DNA from: Planctomycetota bacterium
Lineage (GTDB): Bacteria; Planctomycetota; UBA8742; UBA2392
Reading direction: 5' to 3'
NCBI GenBank assembly: GCA_020425515.1
Contig: JAGQRI010000023.1
Span: 4,467-57,461 of the forward strand
Length of the DNA: 52,995 nt
How positions within the stretch are numbered: the stretch's first letter is position 1; the number at the start of each line of letters is the position of its first letter. Both the position numbers and the translations under genes were made by a program. The notes beneath the pieces are model-generated. The model was not told the origin of the DNA, made no database searches, and saw only the letters and a program-made list of their open reading frames with translations. Positions 8,742-17,018 of the stretch are shown one piece after another.

Positions 8742-9517
8742 CAGCCGCGCGCCGCGAGGCCTTCTTTGGCGGCCGCCACGGCTTCCTCGTAGGTGAACTC
8801 TTCCATCATCAGCGGTTTGCCTACAAGCACTCCGTGCACACCGCGCGTTGAGGCGACTTCCTTGATGTGCTCGAGCCTGGTTACGCCGCCTGTGACGATG
8901 ACGTCGGTCGAATCCGACGCGAACGACGAGGCCTCCCCGGCGCGCGGGCCGTGGCCGGTCGCGTCCGCGGTGACATCCTGGTAGATGAAGTGACGCACGC
9001 CTGCGTCCTGGATCGCGCCGGCAATGTCGGCGACGGTTGCCTTCGAGTCCTTGACCCACTCCTGGCTGACGACCCTTCCGTCCTTCACGTCAAGGAACAC
9101 AACAACGGCTTCCGCGTTGATTTCCAGGGCCTTGTGGATAAGCGAGGGGTCGTGCATGGCGGCGCTGCCAAAGGCCGCGCGGTTGACGCCGAGCTGCGTG
9201 ACGACCTTGAAGCTCTCGATGTCCCGGATGCCGCCGCTGAGCTGGACAGTCTCCTCAAACGTCTTGGCCATCTCGCCGACAACGGTCAGGTTGCGTTCGG
9301 CGCCTGCAAGCACGCTGCCGGAGTGCTCCGCCTGGCTGACGATGAACGGACCGTCGAGGTTGTAGATATGAATGGTCTTCGCGCCGGCATCGATGAACTT
9401 GCGGGCGAAACCCAGCGGCTCGACGCGGTTCGCGCGAGTGCCCATGCCGACAGATTCATAGCGCAGGGCCATGCCGCCGCGCAGCTCAATTGCCGGAATC
9501 ACCTGAAAGTCGCTCAT
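8741..9517 (-). CDS. Diverged HisA/HisF-family (beta/alpha)8-barrel paralogue of unknown function
   Basis: 258 aa. It shares MSDFxxxPAI(D/E)LRxG, NLDG, GGxR, FIYxD, (S/T)GGVxxLEH and GxxxGK with the adjacent HisA. It differs in having AIEL instead of AIDL, a roughly 30-aa insertion after NLDG, an LDVKDGRVV segment like HisF, and [10 protein letters not shown] instead of DIARDGMLNG. Confidence 0.8.
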   Translation of the reverse strand: MSDFQVIPAIELRGGMALRYESVGMGTRANRVEPLGFARKFIDAGAKTIHIYNLDGPFIVSQAEHSGSVLAGAERNLTVVGEMAKTFEETVQLSGGIRDIESFKVVTQLGVNRAAFGSAAMHDPSLIHKALEINAEAVVVFLDVKDGRVVSQEWVKDSKATVADIAGAIQDAGVRHFIYQDVTADATGHGPRAGEASSFASDSTDVIVTGGVTRLEHIKEVASTRGVHGVLVGKPLMMEEFTYEEAVAAAKEGLAARG

Positions 9518-9521
9518 ATCG

Positions 9522-10250
9522 TTATCCTCTCGCGGCCTGCAGTGCTTCTCTTACCGTAAATCTCCCCTCATACAACGCCTTGCCGATGATAAGGCCGTCA
9601 ATTCCGGCATCGGACTGCGCCGTCCGGGTGACATGTTCGAGTTCGCCGACGCCGCCTGACGCGATCACCTTCGCGCCGGTTTGGGCCAGCTCCGTGGCGC
9701 CCTGCAGGTCCGGGCCGTTCAGCATACCGTCGCGGGCGATATCTGTGTAAATGAAGCGTGAAACCCCCGCGTCGAGCATGCGTCTGGCCAGCTCCGCGGC
9801 GCTGACTTCGCTGGTTTCGACCCAGCCCTCAACGGCGACCATGCCGCCGCGCGCGTCGATGCCGACGGCAATCTTGTCACCGAAGTCCTTCGCAAGATCA
9901 GCAACCAGATCCGGGTTTCGCAGCGCCACGGTGCCGAGAACGACGCGCGAAACGCCGCGTTTGAACGCCTGCTCGACGTCGGCACGGGTACGCAGCCCGC
10001 CGCCGAATTCGACCGGGATGTCCACGCTGTTGCAGACAGCCCGCAGCACGGCGAGATTCTGCGAGGCCTCGCCGAAAGCACCATCAAGGTTGACCACATG
10101 CAGCCACTCTGCGCCTTGCCCGCCGAAATCGCGGGCGACGGCCGGGGCATCCTCGCCATAGACGGTTTGCGCGTCGGCGCGCCCTTGCTCGAGGCGCACG
10201 ACTTTCCCCTGTCGCAGGTCGATGGCCGGGTAGATGGTGAAGTCGCTCAT
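9522..10250 (-). CDS. hisA: ProFAR isomerase (1-(5-phosphoribosyl)-5-[(5-phosphoribosylamino)methylideneamino]imidazole-4-carboxamide isomerase)
   Basis: MSDFTIYPAIDLRQGKVVRLEQG, VVNLDGA, FGGGLRT, GIDARGG, IYTDIARDGMLNGP and ASGGVG are all present. The start at 10250 shares ATGA with the hisH stop. Confidence 0.9.
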   Translation of the reverse strand: MSDFTIYPAIDLRQGKVVRLEQGRADAQTVYGEDAPAVARDFGGQGAEWLHVVNLDGAFGEASQNLAVLRAVCNSVDIPVEFGGGLRTRADVEQAFKRGVSRVVLGTVALRNPDLVADLAKDFGDKIAVGIDARGGMVAVEGWVETSEVSAAELARRMLDAGVSRFIYTDIARDGMLNGPDLQGATELAQTGAKVIASGGVGELEHVTRTAQSDAGIDGLIIGKALYEGRFTVREALQAARG

Positions 10251-10849
10251 TGCTTCAGGAAGTTCTCCAGCACCTTGGCGCCGCAGCGCTGGCTTTTCTC
10301 CGGGTGGGCCTGGATGCCCCACAGGTTGCCGCGCCGTACCACACTGCAGAAGCGTTCTCCGTATTCGGTTTCGCCGATCACGTCGCCAGCTTCGGCGGGT
10401 ACGCAGACGAAGCTGTGCACGAAGTAGAAGTATGCCTCTTCGGGCAGGTCTTCAAAGAGCGGGTCGGACTGTTTGAACTCGATGCGGTTCCAGCCCATGT
10501 GAGGCAGGGGGTTGGAACCGGGTTGCAGTTCGCGCACGCGCCCGGGTATCAAGCCGAGCCCGGCTGTTTCTCCGTACTCCTCGCCTGTCTCGAACATCAG
10601 TTGCATGCCGAGGCATACGCCCAGTATGGGTTTGCCGGCGGTGGCGTGGTCGCGGATGGCGTCGGCCAGACCGCGTTCGTTTAAGGCTTTCATGCCCGCG
10701 GGGAAGCTGCCGACGCCGGGCAGTACCAGTTTGGCAGCCTCAGCTACCTGACCCGCCGTTGTCGCAACTTTGACTTCGCCCCCCGCACGTTCAAGGGCGC
10801 GAGAAATGCTGCCAAGGTTGCAGATGCCCGAATCAACTATCGTGACCAT
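10247..10849 (-). CDS. hisH: Imidazole glycerol phosphate synthase glutamine amidotransferase subunit
   Basis: 200 aa with LPGVGSF, GVCLGMQLMF (catalytic Cys) and a C-terminal HPEKS, giving the class I glutamine amidotransferase (GATase) triad layout. Confidence 0.95.
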   Translation of the reverse strand: MVTIVDSGICNLGSISRALERAGGEVKVATTAGQVAEAAKLVLPGVGSFPAGMKALNERGLADAIRDHATAGKPILGVCLGMQLMFETGEEYGETAGLGLIPGRVRELQPGSNPLPHMGWNRIEFKQSDPLFEDLPEEAYFYFVHSFVCVPAEAGDVIGETEYGERFCSVVRRGNLWGIQAHPEKSQRCGAKVLENFLKQ

Positions 10850-10854
10850 GATGA

Positions 10855-11448
10855 TTACAACACGCCCTTGGTACTCGGCACTCCCTTGCGCCTGGGGTCG
10901 TGGTCCAGTGCGTTGCGCAGGGCCTTCGTTACGGCCTTGAAGACGCCCTCGATGATGTGGTGGGTGTCGTCACCGCGCAGGACGTCGATGTGCAGGTTCA
11001 TCGGGAAGTGCGTGCTGAAGCTGCGCCAGAAATGCTCGACCATCTCCGTCGGCAGGCCCCCCACCTCTTCGCGCTTCATGTTGCCGAGTTCGCACACGAG
11101 GTACGGTCGCCCGCTGAGGTCGAGCGCGCAGCGGATCAACGCCTCGTCCATCGGGATCAATGCGCTGCCATAGCGGTTGACGCCGGCCTTGTCGCCCGCG
11201 GCCTGTTTGAAGCACTCGCCGATGGCGATGGCGATGTCTTCAACGCTGTGGTGCGCGTCCACTTCGAGGTCGCCTTTGCATTTCACGTTCAGGTTGAACA
11301 ACCCATGCTTGGTGAACAACTCGAGCATGTGGTTCAGGAAACCGATGCCGGTGTCAATCGCGTACGTCCCGTCCCCGTCGATGTTCAACTCGACGCTGAT
11401 CTCGGTTTCGCTGGTCTTGCGGCTGAATGTCGCTTCCCGCTTGCTCAT
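10855..11448 (-). CDS. hisB: Imidazoleglycerol-phosphate dehydratase (monofunctional, no phosphatase domain)
   Basis: The start is ATG at 11448 (ATGA overlap with the hisC stop), giving MSKREATFSRKTSETEISVELNIDG. Motifs HHSVEDIAIA and HHIIEGVFKA are present. At 197 aa it has no HAD N-domain. Confidence 0.95.
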   Translation of the reverse strand: MSKREATFSRKTSETEISVELNIDGDGTYAIDTGIGFLNHMLELFTKHGLFNLNVKCKGDLEVDAHHSVEDIAIAIGECFKQAAGDKAGVNRYGSALIPMDEALIRCALDLSGRPYLVCELGNMKREEVGGLPTEMVEHFWRSFSTHFPMNLHIDVLRGDDTHHIIEGVFKAVTKALRNALDHDPRRKGVPSTKGVL

Positions 11449-12521
11449 GCCACCACCGTGATTGCGTACTCCAGCGCCTTCAGGAACGCGTCGTTTTCTT
11501 CCGGCCGGCCGATGCTGACTCGCAGTGCCTTCGCCAGTCTCGGATAGTTCGAGACGTCGCGTACGAGCACGCCGCGGCTGACCATCGCCTTCCACAACTC
11601 GCGCGGGTCGCGGTTTGTCTCGAACAGTATGAAGTTTGCACGGCTCGGGTACACCTTGCAGCCCTTGTATTCGCGCAGGCGGCGGGCGACGCGCTCGCGC
11701 TCGCGCTTGATTTCGTCCACGCGCGATTTCAGCGTCACGGCGTTGTCGATGGCGGTCTCGACGGCGGCCATCGTGAAGATGTTCAAGTTGTACGGCAGCT
11801 TGGCGGCGCTGAAGATTGGTCGCGCCTCCGGGTGCGCAACCATGCAGCCGAAACGCAGCCCGGCCGTCGCCAGCGCTTTGCTGAACGTGCGCAGCACCAC
11901 CAGGTTGCGGCAGTTGCGCGTGAGCTCGATGGCCGTCTCGCCGTGGAACTCGAAGTAGGCCTCGTCGATCACCCAGAGCGCGCCGCTGGTGTTGACCAGG
12001 TGCTCCAGGTCGGTCGGGTCGATCACGCTGCCGGTCGGGTTGTTCGGCGTTGCCAGCACAACGACCGAAGCATCCTGCGAAGCCGTCTCAAGCGCCTCGG
12101 CATCGAACTGCAGCTCCTCATCGAGTCCTTCCACGGCGATGTCCGCGCCGAGCAGGTTCGCGAGCAGCTTGTAGACCGTGAACGTCGGCTGCGGAATCAC
12201 GACCTTGCGCCCGCGCTCGAGGGTGCTGACGAAGATCGCATACAGTAGCTCGTTGCTGCCGTTGCCGACCAGTACCTGCTCGGCGTCGGCGCCAATGTGG
12301 CTGGCGACCTTGGCGACGAACGCGTCCGGCTGGAACGGCGGATAGCGGTTCCAGGGCAGGTCGCGTACGCGCTCGAACACTTCCTGTTTCAGGGTTGCGG
12401 GCCAGTCCCAGGCGTTTTCGTTCTGGTTCAGCTTGATCTCGCAGTCGGGCACGTCGAGGCTGTACCCGCCGGCCAGGCCCGGGAGCTGCGTTTTGAAGTA
12501 CTTGAGCGTCGTGTTGTCCAT
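11445..12521 (-). CDS. hisC: Histidinol-phosphate aminotransferase
   Basis: 358 aa with LNQNENAWDWP, NPNNPTG and TFSKA (PLP lysine). It sits in the expected his operon position. Confidence 0.9.
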   Translation of the reverse strand: MDNTTLKYFKTQLPGLAGGYSLDVPDCEIKLNQNENAWDWPATLKQEVFERVRDLPWNRYPPFQPDAFVAKVASHIGADAEQVLVGNGSNELLYAIFVSTLERGRKVVIPQPTFTVYKLLANLLGADIAVEGLDEELQFDAEALETASQDASVVVLATPNNPTGSVIDPTDLEHLVNTSGALWVIDEAYFEFHGETAIELTRNCRNLVVLRTFSKALATAGLRFGCMVAHPEARPIFSAAKLPYNLNIFTMAAVETAIDNAVTLKSRVDEIKRERERVARRLREYKGCKVYPSRANFILFETNRDPRELWKAMVSRGVLVRDVSNYPRLAKALRVSIGRPEENDAFLKALEYAITVVA

Positions 12522-12524
12522 GCG

Positions 12525-13925
12525 CTACTTGAAGCGTTGTTCCACACTGCGGGCGTGCGCTTCAAGTTCCTCACTGCGTGCGAGTTTGACGGCCGCATCC
12601 TTGTTGGCTTCCAGCAGCTCCTTGCTGCCGCGGATTATGCTGACCTGGCGTACGAAATCGTTCACGCCCAGCGCGCTGGCCCAGCGTGCGCTGCCGGCCG
12701 TCGGCAGCACGTGGTTGGGGCCGGCGTTGTAGTCGCCGAACGCTTCCGGCGCGTACGGCCCGACGAAAATCGCGCCCGCATTGCGAAGCTGCTTGGCGTC
12801 GTTTTCGGCGTCGCTGGTCAGCACTTCGCAGTGTTCCGGCGCGATCGAGTCCGCGAAGCGAATCGCGAAGCCCTTGCTGGGCACCGTCAGGATGCCGCCG
12901 TAGTGCGCCAGCGAAGCCTCGACGATCTCCTTGCGCGGCAGGTCGGCGACCTGCTTCTCGACTTCGGCCTTCACCTTTTCCGCGGCCTCGGCGCTGTCGG
13001 TGATGCCGATGGCGGCCGCGTGCACGTCGTGCTCGGCCTGTGCAAGCATGTCGGCCGCGACGATGGCCGGGTCGGTCGAATCGTCGAACAGGACAACGAT
13101 TTCACTGGGCCCGGCAAAGCCGTCGATACCGACACGCCCGCTGAGCAACTGTTTCGCGATCGCGACGAAGATGTTGCCAGGGCCCACGATCTTGTCGACG
13201 CGCGCGATCTTTTCCGTGCCGATTGCCGCCGCCGCAACGGCCTGCGCGCCGCCGACGCGGAAGACTTCCTCGATGCCGAGGTGGTCGATCAGCGCGCACA
13301 GCAGTGGCGACTTTTCCAGGTTCTCCGGCGGGGTCAGCACGCAGATTTCCTCGACGCCAGCGGTCTGCGCCGCGACGGCCGTCATCATCAGCGTACTGGG
13401 GTAGGTTGCCGTGCCGCCGGGGACGTACAGAGCGACGCGCCTGAGCGGCTGCATGCGAACGCCGACCGAGCCGCCGTTGTCGTCGATCTGCCAGCTTTCG
13501 AGTTTTTGCTTCTCGTGAAACTTGCGCAGGCGCGGGAGGATCTCATCGGTGCAGTGCTTGAGCAGCGCTTCGTCAACGCCGTCGGCGCCCTTCATCAGGT
13601 CCAGCTTGTTGGCCTGGATGCGGTTGGTCGGCAGTTCCTCGCCGTCAAACAGGCGGGCGCACTGGCGTACCGCTTCGTCGCCCTGTTCACGCACGCGCTC
13701 GATCACGCGCTCGACAGTCGCCAGGGCGCTGTTGGGAAGCCCTTCGTAGAACGCCTCCGCGAACTGGATGAACTCGGTGTCGCCGGTGTCGCGGGCGCGT
13801 TGCATGAGTTCAGTCGGTTTGCCGCCCAGCGAGATGTCACCGCCCTCATTGCGCGATGCCAGGCGGCTCTGGAAGGCCTCGAATTCTTCCGATCCGATTT
13901 CAAACAGCTTCAGCGATTCGCTCAT
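12525..13925 (-). CDS. hisD: Histidinol dehydrogenase
   Basis: 466 aa with GPGNIFVA, EHD, AGPNHVLPT and operon context. The N-terminus is about 30 aa longer than I recall for the enteric enzyme. Confidence 0.95.
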   Translation of the reverse strand: MSESLKLFEIGSEEFEAFQSRLASRNEGGDISLGGKPTELMQRARDTGDTEFIQFAEAFYEGLPNSALATVERVIERVREQGDEAVRQCARLFDGEELPTNRIQANKLDLMKGADGVDEALLKHCTDEILPRLRKFHEKQKLESWQIDDNGGSVGVRMQPLRRVALYVPGGTATYPSTLMMTAVAAQTAGVEEICVLTPPENLEKSPLLCALIDHLGIEEVFRVGGAQAVAAAAIGTEKIARVDKIVGPGNIFVAIAKQLLSGRVGIDGFAGPSEIVVLFDDSTDPAIVAADMLAQAEHDVHAAAIGITDSAEAAEKVKAEVEKQVADLPRKEIVEASLAHYGGILTVPSKGFAIRFADSIAPEHCEVLTSDAENDAKQLRNAGAIFVGPYAPEAFGDYNAGPNHVLPTAGSARWASALGVNDFVRQVSIIRGSKELLEANKDAAVKLARSEELEAHARSVEQRFK

Positions 13926-14563
13926 GTTCTTGCCCCTTCGACTGCGGTTTTCAGATTCACCAACAAATCCCGCACTTCGGACAGTTTGGCGTACCAGGCT
14001 GCGCGGTTCACGGCCAGTCGTGCGCTGCAGTCGGCAATCTCCTCATGCACGACTAGCCCGTTTTCACGCAGTGTGGTGCCGGTTTCCACGATGTCCACTA
14101 TGTAATGCGACAGACCCAGCACCGCGCCGATTTCGACGCTGCCAGAAAGCTTGAACACGGTGCACGGGACGCCCTGCTTGCGGAAGTAGTGCTGTGCAAC
14201 CCGCGGGAATTTGCTCGCCACGCGAACGGGCGAAAGCAGGTTGTCGAGCTTGCGCTCGATTTCCGGTTTGCCGGCTACCACCATGCGGCATTTGCTGAAA
14301 CCGAGGTCCAGCGGCTCAAGCAAATCGGCGCCTACCTCCATTAACACATCCTTGCCGCTAATGCCCGCATCGGCTACGCCCTGTTCGATGTACAGCGGCG
14401 CGTCCACCGGTTTCACCAGCAGATACTCGACGCGCCCGCACTGGCTGGGCACGGTCAGCTTGCGGGTTTCGTTCAGCGATTCCGCGGGCGCGTATCCTGC
14501 GGCTTCCAGGAACGGAATCGCCTGTTTCATCATGCGGCCTGTAGGAAGGGCGACGCGCAGCAT
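13922..14563 (-). CDS. hisG: ATP phosphoribosyltransferase, short form (HisZ-dependent type)
   Basis: 213 aa, MLRVALPTGRMMKQAIPFLEAAGY, with no C-terminal regulatory domain. It is adjacent to hisZ and shares ATGA with the hisD start. Confidence 0.9.
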   Translation of the reverse strand: MLRVALPTGRMMKQAIPFLEAAGYAPAESLNETRKLTVPSQCGRVEYLLVKPVDAPLYIEQGVADAGISGKDVLMEVGADLLEPLDLGFSKCRMVVAGKPEIERKLDNLLSPVRVASKFPRVAQHYFRKQGVPCTVFKLSGSVEIGAVLGLSHYIVDIVETGTTLRENGLVVHEEIADCSARLAVNRAAWYAKLSEVRDLLVNLKTAVEGART

Positions 14564-15657
14564 CAGGCGCCTCCTTCCATTATCGCGGGTTTTCCCTGGG
14601 CGCGCAGGTCGTGAATTCGCTTGAGGGCTTCCGCGCCGTCGCCGGCTTTGACTGATTCGGACGAAGTACCCGTATAGTCGTCCCGCGAAGTTGCCTCCGC
14701 CAGCCTGGCCAGGTTGAAGCCGAACCCGACGGCCGGTACGTCCAGTTCGAACCGGTCGAACAGGCGATCGTAGCGTCCCCCGCCACCGAGGTCTTCGCCG
14801 ACCGCGTGGTGGTACACCTTGAACATGAATCCGCTGTAGTAGTCCGAGCGACGTACTTCGCCGAGATCGAGCAGCAGATTGCCGCGGACTCCGGCTTCGG
14901 TCAGCAGTGAATGCAACGACTCCAACTCGCCCAGTGCCGCTTGTGCCGCCGCGTTCAGGTTGAACTTGCGGGCGGACTCAAACACTTCCGGGCCGCCGGT
15001 CAGCAACGGCAGCGCGGCGAGTAACTCGGCCGTGTCCGAGTCGAGGCCTATGCGCTGCGCAAGCTGGCGGATGCGGCTGGGGTTCTTGTGATCGAGCGCT
15101 TCCAGCAGGCGACGCTCGGCGCGCCCTTGCTCGCCGAGCACGGCGTGGATGAATCCGGCGTGGCCGACCACGATGATGGCGTCGTCCGCCCCGACGGCCT
15201 GCAGGGATTCGCGCGCCATCATTACCACGGCCGCGTCGTACACAGGGCCGGGGGCATTTACCCATTCCAGCCCGCGCTGGGTCTGCTCGACGCGATGGCC
15301 ATGGCCGCTCGGCGCGAAGCGGTAAACGCGCCCTTCATAGCTTGCGCGAATCGGGCGGGCGTCCCGGCGCAGTTCCATGGCCAGTGCTTTCGCGGCAATC
15401 AGTGTGAAATCCGCGCGCAGAGTCAGTTGCCGGCCTTCGCGGTCAACCAGGTGGTACAGCTCGGTTTCGTCACCGGGCTCGCCAAGCCCCTCGAAGGTTT
15501 CGCCTGAGTCGAACGCAGGCAGGATGATCTCGGTGAAACCCCAGCCGCGGAACACGCCTGCAATCCGGTCGCTGATGAACTGGCGACGCGCGGCCTGCGG
15601 TCCGAACACGAGCTCGGTACCTGGCGGGAACGACAGTTGTTTTACGTCGCCTGACAT
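14563..15657 (-). CDS. hisZ: ATP phosphoribosyltransferase regulatory subunit (HisRS paralogue)
   Basis: 364 aa with a class II aaRS-like core (GFTEIILPAFD, RLCY-type region, GGGRYD). It has no anticodon-binding domain. Its stop overlaps the hisG start by 1 nt. Confidence 0.85.
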   Translation of the reverse strand: MSGDVKQLSFPPGTELVFGPQAARRQFISDRIAGVFRGWGFTEIILPAFDSGETFEGLGEPGDETELYHLVDREGRQLTLRADFTLIAAKALAMELRRDARPIRASYEGRVYRFAPSGHGHRVEQTQRGLEWVNAPGPVYDAAVVMMARESLQAVGADDAIIVVGHAGFIHAVLGEQGRAERRLLEALDHKNPSRIRQLAQRIGLDSDTAELLAALPLLTGGPEVFESARKFNLNAAAQAALGELESLHSLLTEAGVRGNLLLDLGEVRRSDYYSGFMFKVYHHAVGEDLGGGGRYDRLFDRFELDVPAVGFGFNLARLAEATSRDDYTGTSSESVKAGDGAEALKRIHDLRAQGKPAIMEGGA

Positions 15658-15690
15658 TGGCTTCCGATTGAGCGTGAACGCCGAGGGGTA

Positions 15691-16146
15691 TTACCGCAGC
15701 GAGAACAGGTATTCAACCAGAGCGCGCAGGTCGTCGTCGGTGATCCGGTTGAACGGCGTCATGAAAGTGCCCCGGTATTCGTCCGTTCCGGCGAAGCTGC
15801 CCGGGTACTTGCGCGGGTCCTTGATGTGCTTGACCGTCCAGCGCCTCGCCTTCAACGGGTCGTGATCCTGGTGCTCGAGGGCGCGGTCCGCGTACCCGCC
15901 CAGCGGCGGCCCGGCCAGTCCCGAGCGATCCGGGCCGGTGCTGTGGCACTGCTCGCACGTCAGGCCCTTGAACAGTTTCTGGCCCCGGTCGATGAGCTCA
16001 TTGGCCTCTTCCGCAGGCGGCACGTCGGGGTATGCGGCCTTGGCGGAAGCCTCCGGGTCCTGGGTGACGCCGGGGATGTTCGCGTTGTCCGTGCAGGCGG
16101 CGAGCAGCAGTGCACTCAACAGGAACGGCAGTACTCGGGCAGCCAT
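15691..16146 (-). CDS. Small c-type cytochrome, lipoprotein
   Basis: Signal plus lipobox MAARVLPFLLSALLLAAC, a single CEQCH haem-binding motif and a distal Met candidate in TFMTPF. The start overlaps the ABC ATPase stop by 1 nt. Confidence 0.8.
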   Translation of the reverse strand: MAARVLPFLLSALLLAACTDNANIPGVTQDPEASAKAAYPDVPPAEEANELIDRGQKLFKGLTCEQCHSTGPDRSGLAGPPLGGYADRALEHQDHDPLKARRWTVKHIKDPRKYPGSFAGTDEYRGTFMTPFNRITDDDLRALVEYLFSLR

Positions 16147-16868
16147 CAGCTTGCTTCTTTCGTCTCTACGTCGGCCGGCTTCGCGGCGGCGCTTTCGATG
16201 CGCTCGATCTGGCCATCCTTGTAATGGACGATGCGATCCGCACGCTCGGCCACGCCGCGCTCGTGCGTGACCACGATCAGCGTCATGCCGAGTTCCCTCT
16301 GCAGCTTCTCAAACAGGTCGAGCAGGATCGCTTCGCTTTCGCTGTCCACGTTGCCGGTCGGCTCGTCCGCAAGCAGAACGCGCGGGCGATTCACGATTGC
16401 CCTCGCGATGGCCGCGCGCTGGCGTTCGCCGCCGCTGACCTTGGCCGGCGTGTGGGAAATGCGGTGTTCGAGGCCGACCTGCTTCAACGCTTCGTGAGCA
16501 AGCATCTGCGCGTCCGGCTTGCCCTGGATGGGCAGCGCGACGTTGTCGATCAGCGTGAGGTGCGGCAGCAGGTAGTGCAACTGGAACACAAAGCCGATTT
16601 CCTCGCGCCGGAACCGTGCGAGGTTCTGGATGCGCGTCGTGTCCTGGCCGTGGATCAGGATGCGCCCCTTGTCTGGGCGATCGAGCGTTCCCACGAGGTT
16701 CATCAAGGTTGACTTGCCGCTGCCGGACTTGCCCATGATGGCGAGCATTTCGCCCTCGGCGACGCTCAGGTCGATGCCGCGCACGGCCTCGATCCCGCCG
16801 GGATACGTTTTGTACAGTCCTTCGATCAGGACCGCGGGTGCGTTGCCGGATGTTTCCGCGTCAAGCAT
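16146..16868 (-). CDS. ABC transporter ATP-binding protein (LolD/MacB/FtsE-like subfamily)
   Basis: I prefer the ATG at 16868 (MLDAETSGNAPAVLIEGLYKTY). Walker A GKSGSGKST, signature VSGGERQR and Walker B LLADEPT are present. The track ORF continues to 17858, but that part is Arg/Gly-rich antisense of a better plus-strand gene. Confidence 0.9.
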   Translation of the reverse strand: MLDAETSGNAPAVLIEGLYKTYPGGIEAVRGIDLSVAEGEMLAIMGKSGSGKSTLMNLVGTLDRPDKGRILIHGQDTTRIQNLARFRREEIGFVFQLHYLLPHLTLIDNVALPIQGKPDAQMLAHEALKQVGLEHRISHTPAKVSGGERQRAAIARAIVNRPRVLLADEPTGNVDSESEAILLDLFEKLQRELGMTLIVVTHERGVAERADRIVHYKDGQIERIESAAAKPADVETKEAS

Positions 16869-17018
16869 TACGCGGCGTATGGAACCACCCGCGTCACGCT
16901 TTGGCAACCGATGGTCTTGGGGCTTGACACAGGTTGCCGTGCGCACCGACAATTCCGCAACCCCATTGGATTTAAGCCGCGTACGACGGGCAACGCCTAG
17001 ACAGGTGCAAAACGACCC

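Noticed and set aside
16924-16958. Perfect TTGACA hexamer (16924-16929) in the divergent region between the ABC ATPase gene and the L12-CTD-like gene, considered as a sigma-70 -35 box.
   Set aside because: No convincing -10 hexamer lies at 16-19 nt spacing (the best is ACAATT at 19 nt). The promoter consensus of this lineage is unknown, so it is not called as a feature.
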